DNA from: Daphnia carinata
Lineage: Eukaryota
DNA: 64,000 nucleotides
Reading direction: 5' to 3'
Assembly (NCBI RefSeq): GCF_022539665.2
Contig: NC_081332.1
Span: 3,844,001-3,908,000 of the forward strand
Part shown: positions 1-12,005 of the stretch, piece after piece
Layout of the letters: the number at the start of each line of letters is the position of its first letter
Numbering within the stretch: the first letter of the stretch is position 1
Program-made: the position numbers and the translations under genes
The notes under the pieces: model-generated
What the model saw: only the letters and a program-made list of their open reading frames with translations
Told to the model about the DNA's origin: nothing
Database searches by the model: none

Positions 1-1543
1 AGGACGCAAAGTTGCTTTATGGTTCGTCAATCGGTTGGGTGTGGATAACCTTTACCACGTTGTGCCCGGTACACGCTAAATTACAGTCAAAGGCATCTTC
101 AACTGACCAAGAAAAGAGTGGATGTAAAAGCGCTTCAGCTTTTATACTGGTAACAGGCACCCATGTCTGAAAAATTAAAGAAGAAAGGGAAAATAATGAC
201 ACTGATTAAAAGTTTGAAGCAATTTATGGCTTCAGGGCTAAAAATTATTAAGCTATTTTGGCGAGGAAAAACGTATCGAAATCTGGAAGAGTAGATTACA
301 AAATGTAGGGTGGTCCCAATCGAAAAATGATGTGCATGGTACTAATTTACACTTGCAAAAGCGGAAAAAAATAAGTCTTATTGCTTACCTCAGTTGGCCA
401 GATCTAATATTATATTCGCTATCCATCAATGCAAGAAATGCCCACGGTGCGGAAATGCAAGTGAATTTACGCATCCCCGGTTTTCGTGATGAAGGCGCTG
501 TATAATATGGTGTGTTTCCAAAGGTTACAAATATAAATGCAACCGTTATCCGTTCCACTGAATGAAAAGAAGAAAAAATCGCCTTTGACTGTGAAACAAG
601 GAAAAAAATATCAAACAAATGTCTTTTATGCTTTACCAAGCAAAAATAAAGTTTTCTGTTGACCAAATCTGCAGTGGAAAGTTTTTTTGAAATGAACTGG
701 AAGTTCTTGTCAACAGGTTGACGCCATTTCAAACCGTATATGGGGCGCAACCTTGATGGATCCACCGGATGAAAAGTGGAAGGAGTTCAAACGCGACAAC
801 CTAACGTTCAACTGCATTTGTCAACTGAAAAAGCCCGAGGGTTTCACCTAATCTAACAAAGTAATTTAAAAACCACCTCTATTATCACTATCGTTTTATT
901 TTATTTCTCACCTGCTTTATGGTTCCGAATATCAGACTTAATCTGTTTACCATAGTTATCCTACTGGAACGAACAAGGTAATTAAAATGCTAAGCGTAGA
1001 TAAAATATATGTTAATACCAAGAAACAAATGCCACTATGAATTGTATGATTTTACCTGAACAGTTACAAACAAGAATACTTCCGAAAATGGGAAAATCAG
1101 CGATGACTGGGCAGCTCACAAGCATCTTTTCTTTTTTCGAGATATGGAATAACTTGTAAGTTAACGCCTGGCCGACATCAAATGCTTACTCGGGCAAGCA
1201 TAAATTTGTTCTTCACACCAAAGACTAATTTCCTTTTTCGCTGAAAAAAAAAAAGATAATAAACAAATGCTACTGCAGGTGAGAGACAAGCTTCACGGTT
1301 TACGAGGAAACGTGAACCCTATACCTGTCGTTCAACATATGCCGCACGTGCCCTTTTTGTTTAACGGTAGTTTGACTTTGAAATTAAGTACTTGTTTTGT
1401 TTCGATTCGGAAAACCTGAATAGTTAGCTTTATAAGCTCTGGTACGGTCTAAGCGTTATAAACATAACCAGAAATAAAGACCAGTCGCTTTCATCGAAGG
1501 AAGCAGTGAAGAAGCTATTACAATCTCTTTCTCGATCCCGACA

Positions 1544-2645
1544 ATGTTAAACCATTTGAAATTTTTTTGTTCTTTATTGATAATGATGTCTTGCTATCGA
1601 CCGGTGGCGCATGGACAAGTTTACGCACTGGGTTCTTGTCCCAATCTCAACGTCGTCTCCGACTTCAAAATCGATCAGGTACGATTCCCCCGATTTTTTT
1701 GTCTTCCTTATTCGTCCATCAAGATAAAAGCATTAAATCCAAATACGTAAATTACGTAACACTATGAATCATATTTTCACTCAATAACGTGCCAAGTTTG
1801 GAAATGTGGCTTATCGCGCAACCATCCCGTCTAGCACCATTTCAAGGATATTATTAGATTTTCCAAAGCTTTAAAGTTTCAAATTTGAAAATAAAAGAAA
1901 AGAAAAGTGTAGATTTAACCATGGATAAGACACACACGTGCAACTCTTCTTTTTCTTTTGATTCCCGAAACATCTAAACACCAAATTCGGAAGTATTTGG
2001 GTAAATGGTACAGCAACCGCAGCTATTTCCCATTTTCCCAGTCTGGATTGGAATGTATAACAGCCGAATACGTAAAAAATGGAGCAAAGATAACCATGAA
2101 AAATGTCGGAATTAAAAAAATGTCAGTAAATAATTTTATACCGTCTTCGATTAAGTTACAAATAACTCATGAAATTTCGGTAACAAACTTTTAGAACGAG
2201 AACGAGATCGACGACGTCAGGTACTCTACGCCACGTACAGCCTCCCAACGGCAAACTAAGCGTGTCATTTTTCGGCGATCGTAAATATTTTTAGCAAATG
2301 CAGTATCTCGCAACTAACTTTCTAAATGGCAATATAATTTTTTCTTTCTGCAAAGCTACACAAGGGAACGCGAATTATTGGGTGCTGGACACGGATTACA
2401 CTTCGTATTCTGTTGTATGGAGCTGCATGCACTTTGGAATTGAGCCCATCAATACACGTAAACAGCTTAATTATTTAAGGCCAGCTCACAAAATACGAAT
2501 ATCTATTATTGATACAGGAATTGTGTGGATCCTAACTCGCGAGCAGCATCCCTCAAACGCTACAGTGAACGCTGCATTGACGGTACTTAGGAAAAATGGG
2601 ATCGATCAAAGTAAATTGCGGTTGACGAATCAACAGGACTGCTAG
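1544..2645 (+). CDS. ApoD: Apolipoprotein D-like lipocalin, copy 1. Exons 1544-1678, 1994-2121, 2195-2280, 2356-2457, 2518-2645
   Basis: Phase-consistent GT-AG splicing gives a signal peptide, GSCP, YLGKWY (lipocalin SCR1 GxWY), YWVLDTDYTSYSVVWSC (SCR2), WILTR (SCR3) and a C-terminal Cys. Confidence 0.92.
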
Positions 2646-4407
2646 CCGTGCAACTGAAACTCATTTGGTACAATCTTGGTGGGATGGGGTGTTCAAATTG
2701 GTAAAAGAAAACGTTTTATTATTATTTTTTTTTAACCCAAGGGTATTTAAATGGTCATTCTGGAAAAGTTCTTTTATATTCCTGGAGGAAATTGTATGAT
2801 GCAAAATGTTAATTTTGAAAGTTCAAATGTACCTTGTTTAACGTTATTTTTTTAAAATCCTGTGTTAACTACTAAGCCACCCCTTTAATGAAGATTTTCT
2901 GCACCTATGTAACTATAACATAAGTGTAAAAACCCAATCAGTTAATACATAAAATACGGGTATAGATGACGCAGTGGTCAGTTAACGGTTGTTTGATGGT
3001 AACAAGTTTCATCAGTGAAAGGCAGGTTATTCGGGAAATCGTTAAGTGCATATAGGGATAAATGTGGGGGTCAATTAACGGGTGCTAGGGTTATCTGGAG
3101 GCTCCTTTATTTGTGTTTTCTTAAATGAATTTTGAAGACACTTGGAAGAGATTGAAAGACCGATTGAAAAGCGTCATCACACAACTCCTGAACAACCGCA
3201 TTTCCCTACAAAGCCCAATTATACTCCGAAATTGTACATGGTAAATGAAACTGTTCGATCGTGTACGAAAATACGAAATTCGAAAAATAGTCAGCGTCGT
3301 GCCAACACGAGCAGAGGCGTGAAAAATAAACTAGGGTGGGAACAAGGGGATTTGATTGAAATCGTAACTAAACATTTGCCTTATACCACAATGGAGCGCT
3401 TAGAACGCGAGTGCTAGAGAATCGGAAAGAAGACACAGAAGATTAAATATAAATGATTGCGAAAGATTCCTACCTTACTCTGTCGCTTCCACGCCTTTCA
3501 TTATGCTTTCATAACAGGCAGTTGTCGCGGAAACACTCATTCAGGGAAACACGAACCAATCGTCGCAGACCACGAACCAATCGTTGCTGGGCGATTGTCT
3601 GCTGTGAGCCTTAAATAGAACAGTAATCGAATACCATATCGATTTCCATTTCTAGAGAATGCACACCTACATTTGCACCAAAATGAAATTTTCAATATAA
3701 TAATGAATATAATAATAATGAAATTTTTACTTGGAATATAGCCTTAATTCCTTTAAAACGTACATTCCATATCCGTAGTAGCTAATGCGTTCCTGACCTA
3801 AAAAAAAGAAAACACCGTCAGTAATAAAATTAAGTTTAACTTAGTTGTTTGCATAAGTTTAACACCGTGAGCTCATGTTTGTTTAGTGATTAGCCAACTT
3901 TCAAAATAAAGGCTAAGAAAGTAGGCAACATAAGAAAATGCGGCCGTTTCGAATATTAAGAGATGAGGAAGAATTACTTTAGGGACTCAAAGCCTCTCCT
4001 AGCGTATGTTTGAAATTGTCGGTCAAAACGCAGCCATCTGATTTGGCACATCTTGAATGACCGACATAGATTCCTCTTGAATGATAAAAATGCAAAACAT
4101 GTAGAACCCAATTGCCAGAATCATCTGAAGATAGAAAACCGGTATTGCCGTTCCCATATATGTTGGTGATTAACGGTTGTTTCTACTCAACCTTAAAACA
4201 TCTTCTCTTTTTCTCTAAGCAAGCAACGTCACAGGAAAAAAAGTCATTCATATTGAAATAAGAAATAACCCCAATATGAAAGAATCCTACTTCATAAAAG
4301 GTATGAACGGTGTAACGGTCAGTCGACGACGGAATTTCTGCAGAGACAGACACCGCAGAAAATTTAAATTTTCGATTAACGTTTTTTAAAACTTATTTAG
4401 TGACGAA

Positions 4408-5325
4408 ATGGTTAATTACTTCCCTATTTGGCTTCTGTTCACCGCCGCGTGCTACCATACATTTATACAGGCGCAGTTGTTTGAACGTGGTAATTGTCCG
4501 GATGTAAAAGCTGTCCCTGATTTCAAACTAAGTGAGGTAAGTCCCGCAGCCCATGGCAGGAAGTTAATATTAGTGCAAATTTTCTTTTTTTTCTTTAACT
4601 AACTTAAACGGATTACCTCATTTGACCAAAGTACACTGGGAAATGGTACGAAAATAGAAAAACCATTTCCAGGTTTCAAAACAGCATGGCACAAAGCTGT
4701 GCGACTGTCACGTTCAACGAAACGGATGGAAAACTGGTCGTCCAAAACAGGGGATTACAAAGACTGTAAGCCTGAATTGGATTAATTTTAAGTCAATCAT
4801 TTGATTAAGATATTTAGAAAATGAAAGCAGCAAATTGGATAACTAACAACGCATTCTGTTTTCACGGTGTAAGGACCAGGAGAAATATCGTACTAAACGG
4901 AAAAGCACGTCATCCTAATCCTTCGAAGGGCGAGTTTGTAGTCAACTTCCTTGGAAATGGTAATTATGATCTATAAAGAATGAAGTTTAAAATGTCTACG
5001 ATTGTAAAACTTTTTAAATCGCTAGCTTCCTACGGGGACGAAACGTTGATGATTTTAGGGACCGACTACAATTCATACTCTGTTTCTTGGAGTTGTGTTG
5101 GCGCAGGGCCAATGCATCTTTGTAAGAAGGATTACAGTAGTGGTTTTCTGCTGGAAGAAAAGTTAATTGATTAGAAATTGTATCATACCATTTTCAGATA
5201 CACTTTGGGTTCACACTCGTGATCCAAATCCATCCAGAGAGACAGTAGATTTGGCGTTGGATGTAGTGAAGAGAAATGCCCTGGACGAAACTAAGTTGCT
5301 GATGACCAACCGTCGGAATTGTTAA
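4408..5325 (+). CDS. ApoD: Apolipoprotein D-like lipocalin, copy 2. Exons 4408-4536, 4632-4765, 4874-4959, 5026-5121, 5198-5325
   Basis: Spliced product has a signal peptide, GNCP, YTGKWY, ILGTDYNSYSVSWSC, LWVHTR and a terminal NC. Intron positions and phases match copy 1. Confidence 0.92.
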
Positions 5326-6787
5326 ACTACGTTTACATGGTAGAAACTCTTCATAGAACCTGCGGACGAAGAAAAACAACGTAATGTAATTAATTATTAA
5401 ATGTTATTGTGTATCACTAAAGAAACATTAGTAAGATTTGAGCTATGAAAATGAATGTAACTCGCAAATATTATTTCACGTAGTAAAATATGCATTTTAT
5501 GGCTCTTGCAAGGTTTTAGTTAATTAAAGAGAAGGTAATAAAGCTTAGAACGTCAAATCATTTCGTAATACACCTAGCTCTTAAACATATGAATACAATT
5601 CAATTTCACATATCAACGTTGTGCCCTTTATCTGGAAAAGGCGAACGTCTTCGTCGGGAGAGTAGAAACATATTTTTAGGTGCATATCATTGACCCAAAA
5701 ACTATTGTTAATTTTTGGGAGGGCTTTCCCCCCTTAAGCAAGCGAGATAACCCTCTTACAGCTATATGTCATTCCACTAACATACTGCAGATTTGCATCT
5801 TTGCAGTATAACGAAGAGGAGATGTGAACTACTTTAAAAGAAATAATTTTTCTGTGTCCCCAAGTTGACTAGGATTCAGGCATCTTAAACAGGTTGTTTG
5901 TACGTCTAATAGATGTTGGTTACAAAATTTGTCAGAGACCCCTTACAAGAAAAAAGTACCTCAAGATGATGTCAGAAAATTTTCAGTCTCCGCCATTTCC
6001 AATTTGGGTTTCTGTTTATAGAGGAATCTTTGTGGAATCGTCAATGTCAATGGCTTCAACATCCCTTTACTGGCTAAATCCACTGAACATACTATAAAGC
6101 AAAAGAATTGACAGTGAAAATGTAAACCAAGGAACAAGAATAACAAGGTGAAAAGCAATTACTATAGAACATGTTTGCAAGTTGGTGCCTGATTTCAAGT
6201 ATCAGATAATAGTATTATCTAATTAAAAGTAAACTTGGGCAAGCATCATTTATTTATTAACAAACTAGAGAAATACTTGAAGTGTTTGTATAACACAATA
6301 GAAGTTTTGAAAAGAATGATTACCTGGCTCTTAAATACAGTGGAAACTTTGTCACAATCCTTTCCTCAATTTTAGCTTAAGAAGCAAGAAAGCAAGTGTA
6401 AAAAGGTCAAGCCCTATGTACATGTCATCTGTAAAACTGTACAAAACAAATTAATCAACATGGAAAACAATTAAGTCCTTCCGTAACGAACAATCTTTCG
6501 CGTTTGCAATTAAAGTCCACGAGCTCATCAGCTTACTTTATTGGGCTGATCGTATCTTTCGCGTTTTTTTTTTACGAAAAGGTAGCATATATAGTAACAT
6601 GAAAGACCGTAAACGTTTATGCTTACCTGGAAGCTGTATGACTTTAGGCACGTGGTGAAACAAGAAACAAAAGCCATAGAACAAAAGGATCAAAATTTAG
6701 GTTACAATTCGTCTCAGAACGATTTGTAGGTATTCACTAAACATGTGCTCGGCAGGAACTAAAACACGTGCAAGTGTGCAACTAAAA

Positions 6788-6888
6788 ATGTGATGTAACG
6801 CGCGCCAAAATGAACATCCAAGAACAGCCATCTGGCGCCCGCGATGTGATGTAACAATCCAACGGCGCCAAATGGGTAAAAATTCAAA
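6788..6888 (-). promoter_or_regulatory. E2F-like sites plus CHR-like element upstream of a putative minus-strand transcript
   Basis: Minus strand reads TTTTGGCGCGC (6800-6810), TTTGGCGCC (6864-6872) and TTTGAA (6883-6888). A 12-nt direct repeat ATGTGATGTAAC occurs at 6788 and 6844. Confidence 0.35.
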
Positions 6889-7198
6889 CATTGTTTTCTT
6901 TGACCAATCTGAGTTGGTCGTTGTATTTGAGTAAGAGGATTTTGCAAAAGTTAGTACACAGCAACTTGTTTAACTTACTGAATTTCATTGATGCATTAAT
7001 ATCATATGAGGTACTGAAGAAACGTACACTAGATTTTGTCTTAGTTTACCGAGATCCAAAAATGAATTTCAACAGAAACATCTGTTTCACAAGGTTATCA
7101 AGTAAACACAAAGTCAAATGATTCTTTTAGGCAGCAAGGCTCCCACACATTCTTGGTGTTGACCTTTGAGAATCGTATCTGTTGCGCTTCTTGCGCTT

Positions 7199-10100
7199 TT
7201 AAAAACTATCCTGCTTGCGTACATACTCAGGAGTTGCGCGCCAATTTCCATTTACTCCCCGCTGACCAGCGTATCCAGGTGCATTCGGTTTAGAATATGT
7301 CGATTCGTTCCTACGCGATGAGTTATTTTGACTTATAGGAGAAGGACGGTAGCAAGCAGCACGGTTCTCGAAGCGGCCAAATTTCACCTCACTGTCGGAT
7401 CCTTCGTCTGATGGACGTTTGTAATTCTATTTAAAAATTTTGAAAATTTACTATTAATAACAAGTTGATATTTACAAATGTGAATTTTTTAGAAATAACA
7501 ATTTTACCTGACTGGCTGGCGAGCTAGGATATTCGGCGGCATGGAATTCACACAATCGGGAGATCATGTTAACAAGTGGACTCTGCATAAAATCGGGAAC
7601 GGATTCGGGATCAGCAGATATTCTGGCAATGACTTCATCAAGAGCAGGTTTCAAAACCAACATATTCGCTACGGTTTGTGGATTTATCTGAAGATTAATC
7701 CACCCATCAAGGCGTACTAAACACATTCCTGATTCTGGAATGATCTGAACCCGTTTAGCGCCAAACAGAATCAAATGAAGTGGTGTGACTAACGTCACGT
7801 TCTTGCAAACGACTGTTCCAGCACGTATTTTTTCGCTGAAAACAAAAAATGGCAACGGAAATTCAATTTCATCTGATGAGCCGATGCAGTTGACGGAAGA
7901 CTTATGGATCAGCGAAGGTCCTAAGCGCGCCTCGGCCATTTGTACTTTTCGTTTTTCTCTGTGGACGCATATGTTGGGGTAATGCCCGATTCCGATAAGG
8001 CCTATCACCGTATCTAATTCAGGATCATTGCCGTTCACCCTATAAGCCTTTAAAACAAAATGTTTCGTGAGTGGTTGTAAATGAACACTGCCAGAAATAT
8101 AAGAATACCTTTGGAGTAAGACATGATTTAGGGAAGCCGAAACCGAGTAAAATGTCACGAAGTTGGCAGCGAGCATCGTGCAAGGCGCGGAGTGTTGAGT
8201 AGGACAGGCCTTTGGCTTCACAAAAGGCATGCAGTGAGCGAGGACCAGATTCGATCCGTACTTGATCGTAGGCGTAGAATGCAGCGAGCATGGCTACATG
8301 ATCAGAACAACGGTTACCGGTAAACGATCGCTGAGTATTGTTGAGTCGTTTGTTAAGACCGAGGTAGAAAACATCAGCACTGACGGACTCACTAGCAGCA
8401 AGAACACACATTGCATCTCCGTGGCCGAAAAGGGCTCCAACGATAATCATTTTGGCGAGAGATGGTTCTACAGGAATTCGAGCCACTAACCTACCAAGGG
8501 CAGTTAATTCCTCTTGTGCGTTCAGGCACTTCATCTCTCTAAAAAAAAAGAAGAGCCCTTAATTACTTTTCCATTTTGAAATTTGATATATCATACCTGA
8601 GCATAACTTCAGCTTCTATAATTGCATCTATCGGAGGTGGCTCTAAAGCTTTACTTAAGAAATGAGCGATTGAGCCGAGACGAAGAAGTTTAATGGCTAG
8701 TGCGGTTTCATGAAGCGGTGAGCGGAGGATTTCAGCCTTTAAACTTTTTTCCAAAAGTTGAAAACGACTATAGCTGCATAATCGAAAAGCATATCCTGGA
8801 CGGACTCGGCCGGCTCGACCACGTCTCTGCTCCAGATTGTCTTGAGCTGCCCAGACAGTTGCATAATTGTGCATATTGTTGTGCGAAGTAAAATGTTTGA
8901 CATTGGCGCGACAAGAATCGATGACGAAGACTACATCATCGATGGTGATGGAAGATTCAGCAATGTTGGTGGCCAATATGACTTTCATTCTCCGCTCGGG
9001 GGCAGGTTGAAAGACACGTCGTTGATCTTCTCGCGGCAACATCGAGTGCAATGGCAGTAGGAGATAATCACTAGCATATCGGCTTTGTTGCAAATGACGT
9101 AACAATGCGAAAATGGTACTCCACCCAGGAAGGAATATAAGAACAGCCCCAGGAATTTTCATTTGCCTTATGTGAATAAGTAATTCTTCAACCAATTCGA
9201 GACAAATTTCTTTCTCATTCAATAGAGCCATAGTTTTTTTAGTTTCGGGTGAATATTTTCCAATCACCTAAAAGATAGCTTATTAGTTTCATCTAAAATA
9301 AAGGGCACAACAGATTTCACCTTCAAATTCATATTTTCCTCTTCTTCCTCTTCTTTACGCTGGTAGTTCTTTTTAACCTCCTGTCTTGGCCGAAAGCGAA
9401 GCATTTCGACGCAGTCCTCCAAGTAATACAGTTGAACAGGGTGAACTCTACCGGGAATGTCGACTACTGGGCACCTGCCAAAGTAGCGGCTAAAGAGCGA
9501 TGTATCAATTGTGGCTGACATTAAAATGACGCGAAGTTCTGGATGCCGGTTCACCAAATCCCGCAGCATTATCAATAAGAAGTCGGTGTTGGTATCACGC
9601 TCGTGTACCTCATCAACGATAACCTAATAAGTTTTATTGGTTCACAGATTAAGTCCGATCTCTCTAATTGACTTTTAAATAGTCATATAAATTACGTGCG
9701 ATACACCATGAAGGCCACGTTCTAATCTCCGGAGAAGTACCCCAACCGTGCAGAAAAGAATTGCACCATAAGGACGGGGTAACGTACTTTCAAACCGAAC
9801 GCTGAAACCAACAGATTCGCCCACCTCCTCACGTCGTTCTGATGCGACACGTTCAGCCACGGATATTGCCGAGATTCTACGAGGTTGTGTCACAATCACA
9901 GAACACTGTGCACCCTCCTTCCATCGTAAATAGTCGTCTAGAATATATTGACAGACCTGTAAAAAGAAGACAGGAAAAGGTTAGAGTCCATTGGAGCTAA
10001 TGTTTTCCATGGGGGCTTACCTGTGTAGATTTGCCGGAACCGGTGTTGCCACGGATTACGACGACCGAATGGTTATACAGGGCATCCATAACAGCGTTTT

Positions 10101-12005
10101 TGAAGGCGTAGATTGGTAAAGATTTACGCTCTTCTAATGCCTTCTGAAGACTGACATCGGATTGTATGCGACGCTCTTGCCTTTGCCATAAGTCTTTGCT
10201 TATCGTATCCATTGACGTCTAAAAATAAAATGTTTAATTTGGTTCAATAAAACTTATTAACTCTTTAAATACCGTAGCAAAATATCCGCGTTCAATAGTA
10301 CTAGCGGTCCAGGTGTTCCAGTTGGCAGAGGGAGGAGACCATGGAATGTCAATTGAGCTACAACGTGAATCGCCTTCATCCCCGAGGCGCATCGCTTTCG
10401 GTGCAAGTCGCTCATCCAACAGAGTTTGTGGTTCTATTGGATTTCTCCTCTAAAAATAAATTCAAAAGGAAAAATGAACACCGTTCCGTCCGATAGCTGC
10501 TCGCATTTAGAGGGACTATAACTAAAGTGGAGCACAAAACAAACTAAAGCTGCTTCATTAAATGTCAAAACATTCGCAAATGCTGTTTTTACATTTGAAA
10601 GTATAAAGGCTTCGTATGGTACGAACACTAATTGTCCTTATCAAGTGGGAGCTCAATACTCAAGGATCGTCTGGTGAGAGTATTGATGCTGAAACCATAT
10701 TAAATCACCGTACCCGGCATTACGTCCGTGGTACAATTTTTGGAAGGCCCTCCTTACTTTACAGGAGGGCAAGCAAATATTTCATTCTAAAATTTAAAAG
10801 TTAGCAGCTATTTACAATAATTTAAATAAAGAAATACGTACCACAATGTTGGGTAACAAACGATGTTCCATTATTGTTCTATTTAATTCTTTTTCCAATT
10901 CGTCGCGAAGAATTACGGGAAAAGGTTTCGTTTCCACTTGCACTTTTTTGCTACTCACAGTAGTTCCAGCCGGGCCGATGAATTTCATTTCATATAACTG
11001 TCTTACAATCGACAGGGCACACGATTTGGAGGCGAGAGCCTTTGTCCACCCTTTTTCTCGTGCGTATATCTCTAGAGCATAAAATCATTCTTTTTAAGTA
11101 TGTAACGGAATACGGGACAAAATTATTGATTATCTTACCTCTACCACGAAAAATAAAACTCATTTCGGCAAAGAAGTTCCTGTGAAAAAATTCAATCATG
11201 TTTTAATAAAAATTCAATCATGTTTTAAGAGTTCTAAATATGATTGTCTAGGTTAAAATTAATGTGTCGAAATCTATCCTACTATCAAACTGAATGACAA
11301 AAATGGGGGTTAAATACACAAATTTACTTTTGATGATCCGGGCCGTATGATTCGTAAACATAATCTGCTTTAATTCTATTTTCCATCAGAAACGGGTGCA
11401 GTTTAGCCTTGGCATTTTCAACCGAGTATCCTCCAACGCTGGATGGAGCAGGTTCTCTGCATAATTGCGAATATTCATCCGTTTGATGGACGAATCTTCC
11501 AGTAGTGGCAGTGTCATTACCTATTTTTAGAAAATTGGAGAAATCTGTCAGCATAGTTCTATGGCATGTTTTACCTGAACTACAATGTAGACCCATTTGT
11601 CTCACTATGCTTGCGGCATTTCTATTGGGAATCTCTTCTGCTTTCATGGCTCCCTTGTAAACCAAATGAGCAACAAAGCTGTTGGCTGCATTGGCTTGTG
11701 CATTCCTTTTTGAAGTTGATCTTCCAGTTGCAACATAATGAAATCCTAAAAAACCGACAATAAACAGTGATGTTTGAACAAAATCAATACAGTTGGAACA
11801 CTCACCATTTACACGTAATTCACAGTAATAGCCATTTTGATCTCCTAAAGCACCAAACAGGATCATAGAATAAACTGAACTTCACAGTTAGAAAAAAAAC
11901 GTAAGATTTCTTGATACCTAGGGACTTGACATCATAAACTGGCGGAATTCTGTAATTTTTCATCAAAAAGGCATACAAGAACTCTTTGATATCTCGCTCT
12001 CCCAT
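7199..12005 (-). CDS. DHX9: DHX9/maleless-like DExH-box RNA helicase (two dsRBDs, helicase core, HA2/OB region), multi-exon
   Basis: N-terminus [13 protein letters not shown]...[11 protein letters not shown] (dsRBD1) and ENAKAKL...GPDHQKNFFAEM...[11 protein letters not shown] (dsRBD2). Core motifs [38 protein letters not shown] and QRRGRAGR. The last exon starts at 7426 and the stop is at 7199. Confidence 0.93.
10570..10590 (+). promoter_or_regulatory. PSEA-like snRNA promoter element
   Basis: ACATTCGCAAATGCTGTTTTT resembles the insect PSEA core (TAATTCCCAACTG, recalled; 9 of 13 identical). It lies at about -61 to -41 from the inferred snRNA start, the canonical PSEA position. Confidence 0.55.
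10631..10770 (+). ncRNA. U4atac: U4atac minor-spliceosomal snRNA, antisense within the 392-nt helicase intron 10450-10841
   Basis: The 5' TCCTTATCAAGTGGGAG is near-complementary to the conserved U6atac CTCCCCTTGACAAGGA segment (stem II). The 5' stem-loop TCAATACTC/GAGTATTGA (10653-10686) carries a kink-turn CTC-AAG-GA...GA-GAG. TGCTGAAACC fits stem I. A hairpin at 10710-10734 precedes the Sm site AATTTTTGG (10735-10743) and a terminal 8-bp hairpin GCCCTCCT/AGGAGGGC (10747-10770). The layout follows Drosophila U4atac as recalled. Confidence 0.85.
11186..11228. repeat. Intronic 21-nt tandem duplication (AAAAATTCAATCATGTTTTAA x2)
   Basis: Exact copies at 11186-11206 and 11208-11228, next to the helicase acceptor at 11180. 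Confidence 0.85.

Noticed and set aside
1..770. Minus-strand ORFs 385-765 and 17-202 with exon-like boundaries at 390-588
   Set aside because: No recognisable family, the phases do not join into a convincing protein, and the region is cut by the window edge.
3550..3584. Duplicated CACGAACCAATCGT (CCAAT-containing) between the ApoD genes
   Set aside because: Only two short copies, with no evidence for a mobile element or a linked start site.
5829..5959. H/ACA snoRNA-like pattern (AAACAA ... ACA) in a putative intron
   Set aside because: The intron is too short, the hairpins are weak and the ACA is too close to the acceptor.
10498..10770. Minus-strand hairpin series first read as a roX-like structured element for MLE binding
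   Set aside because: The main hairpins are better explained by the plus-strand U4atac gene. The upstream ones overlap its promoter and may be chance.
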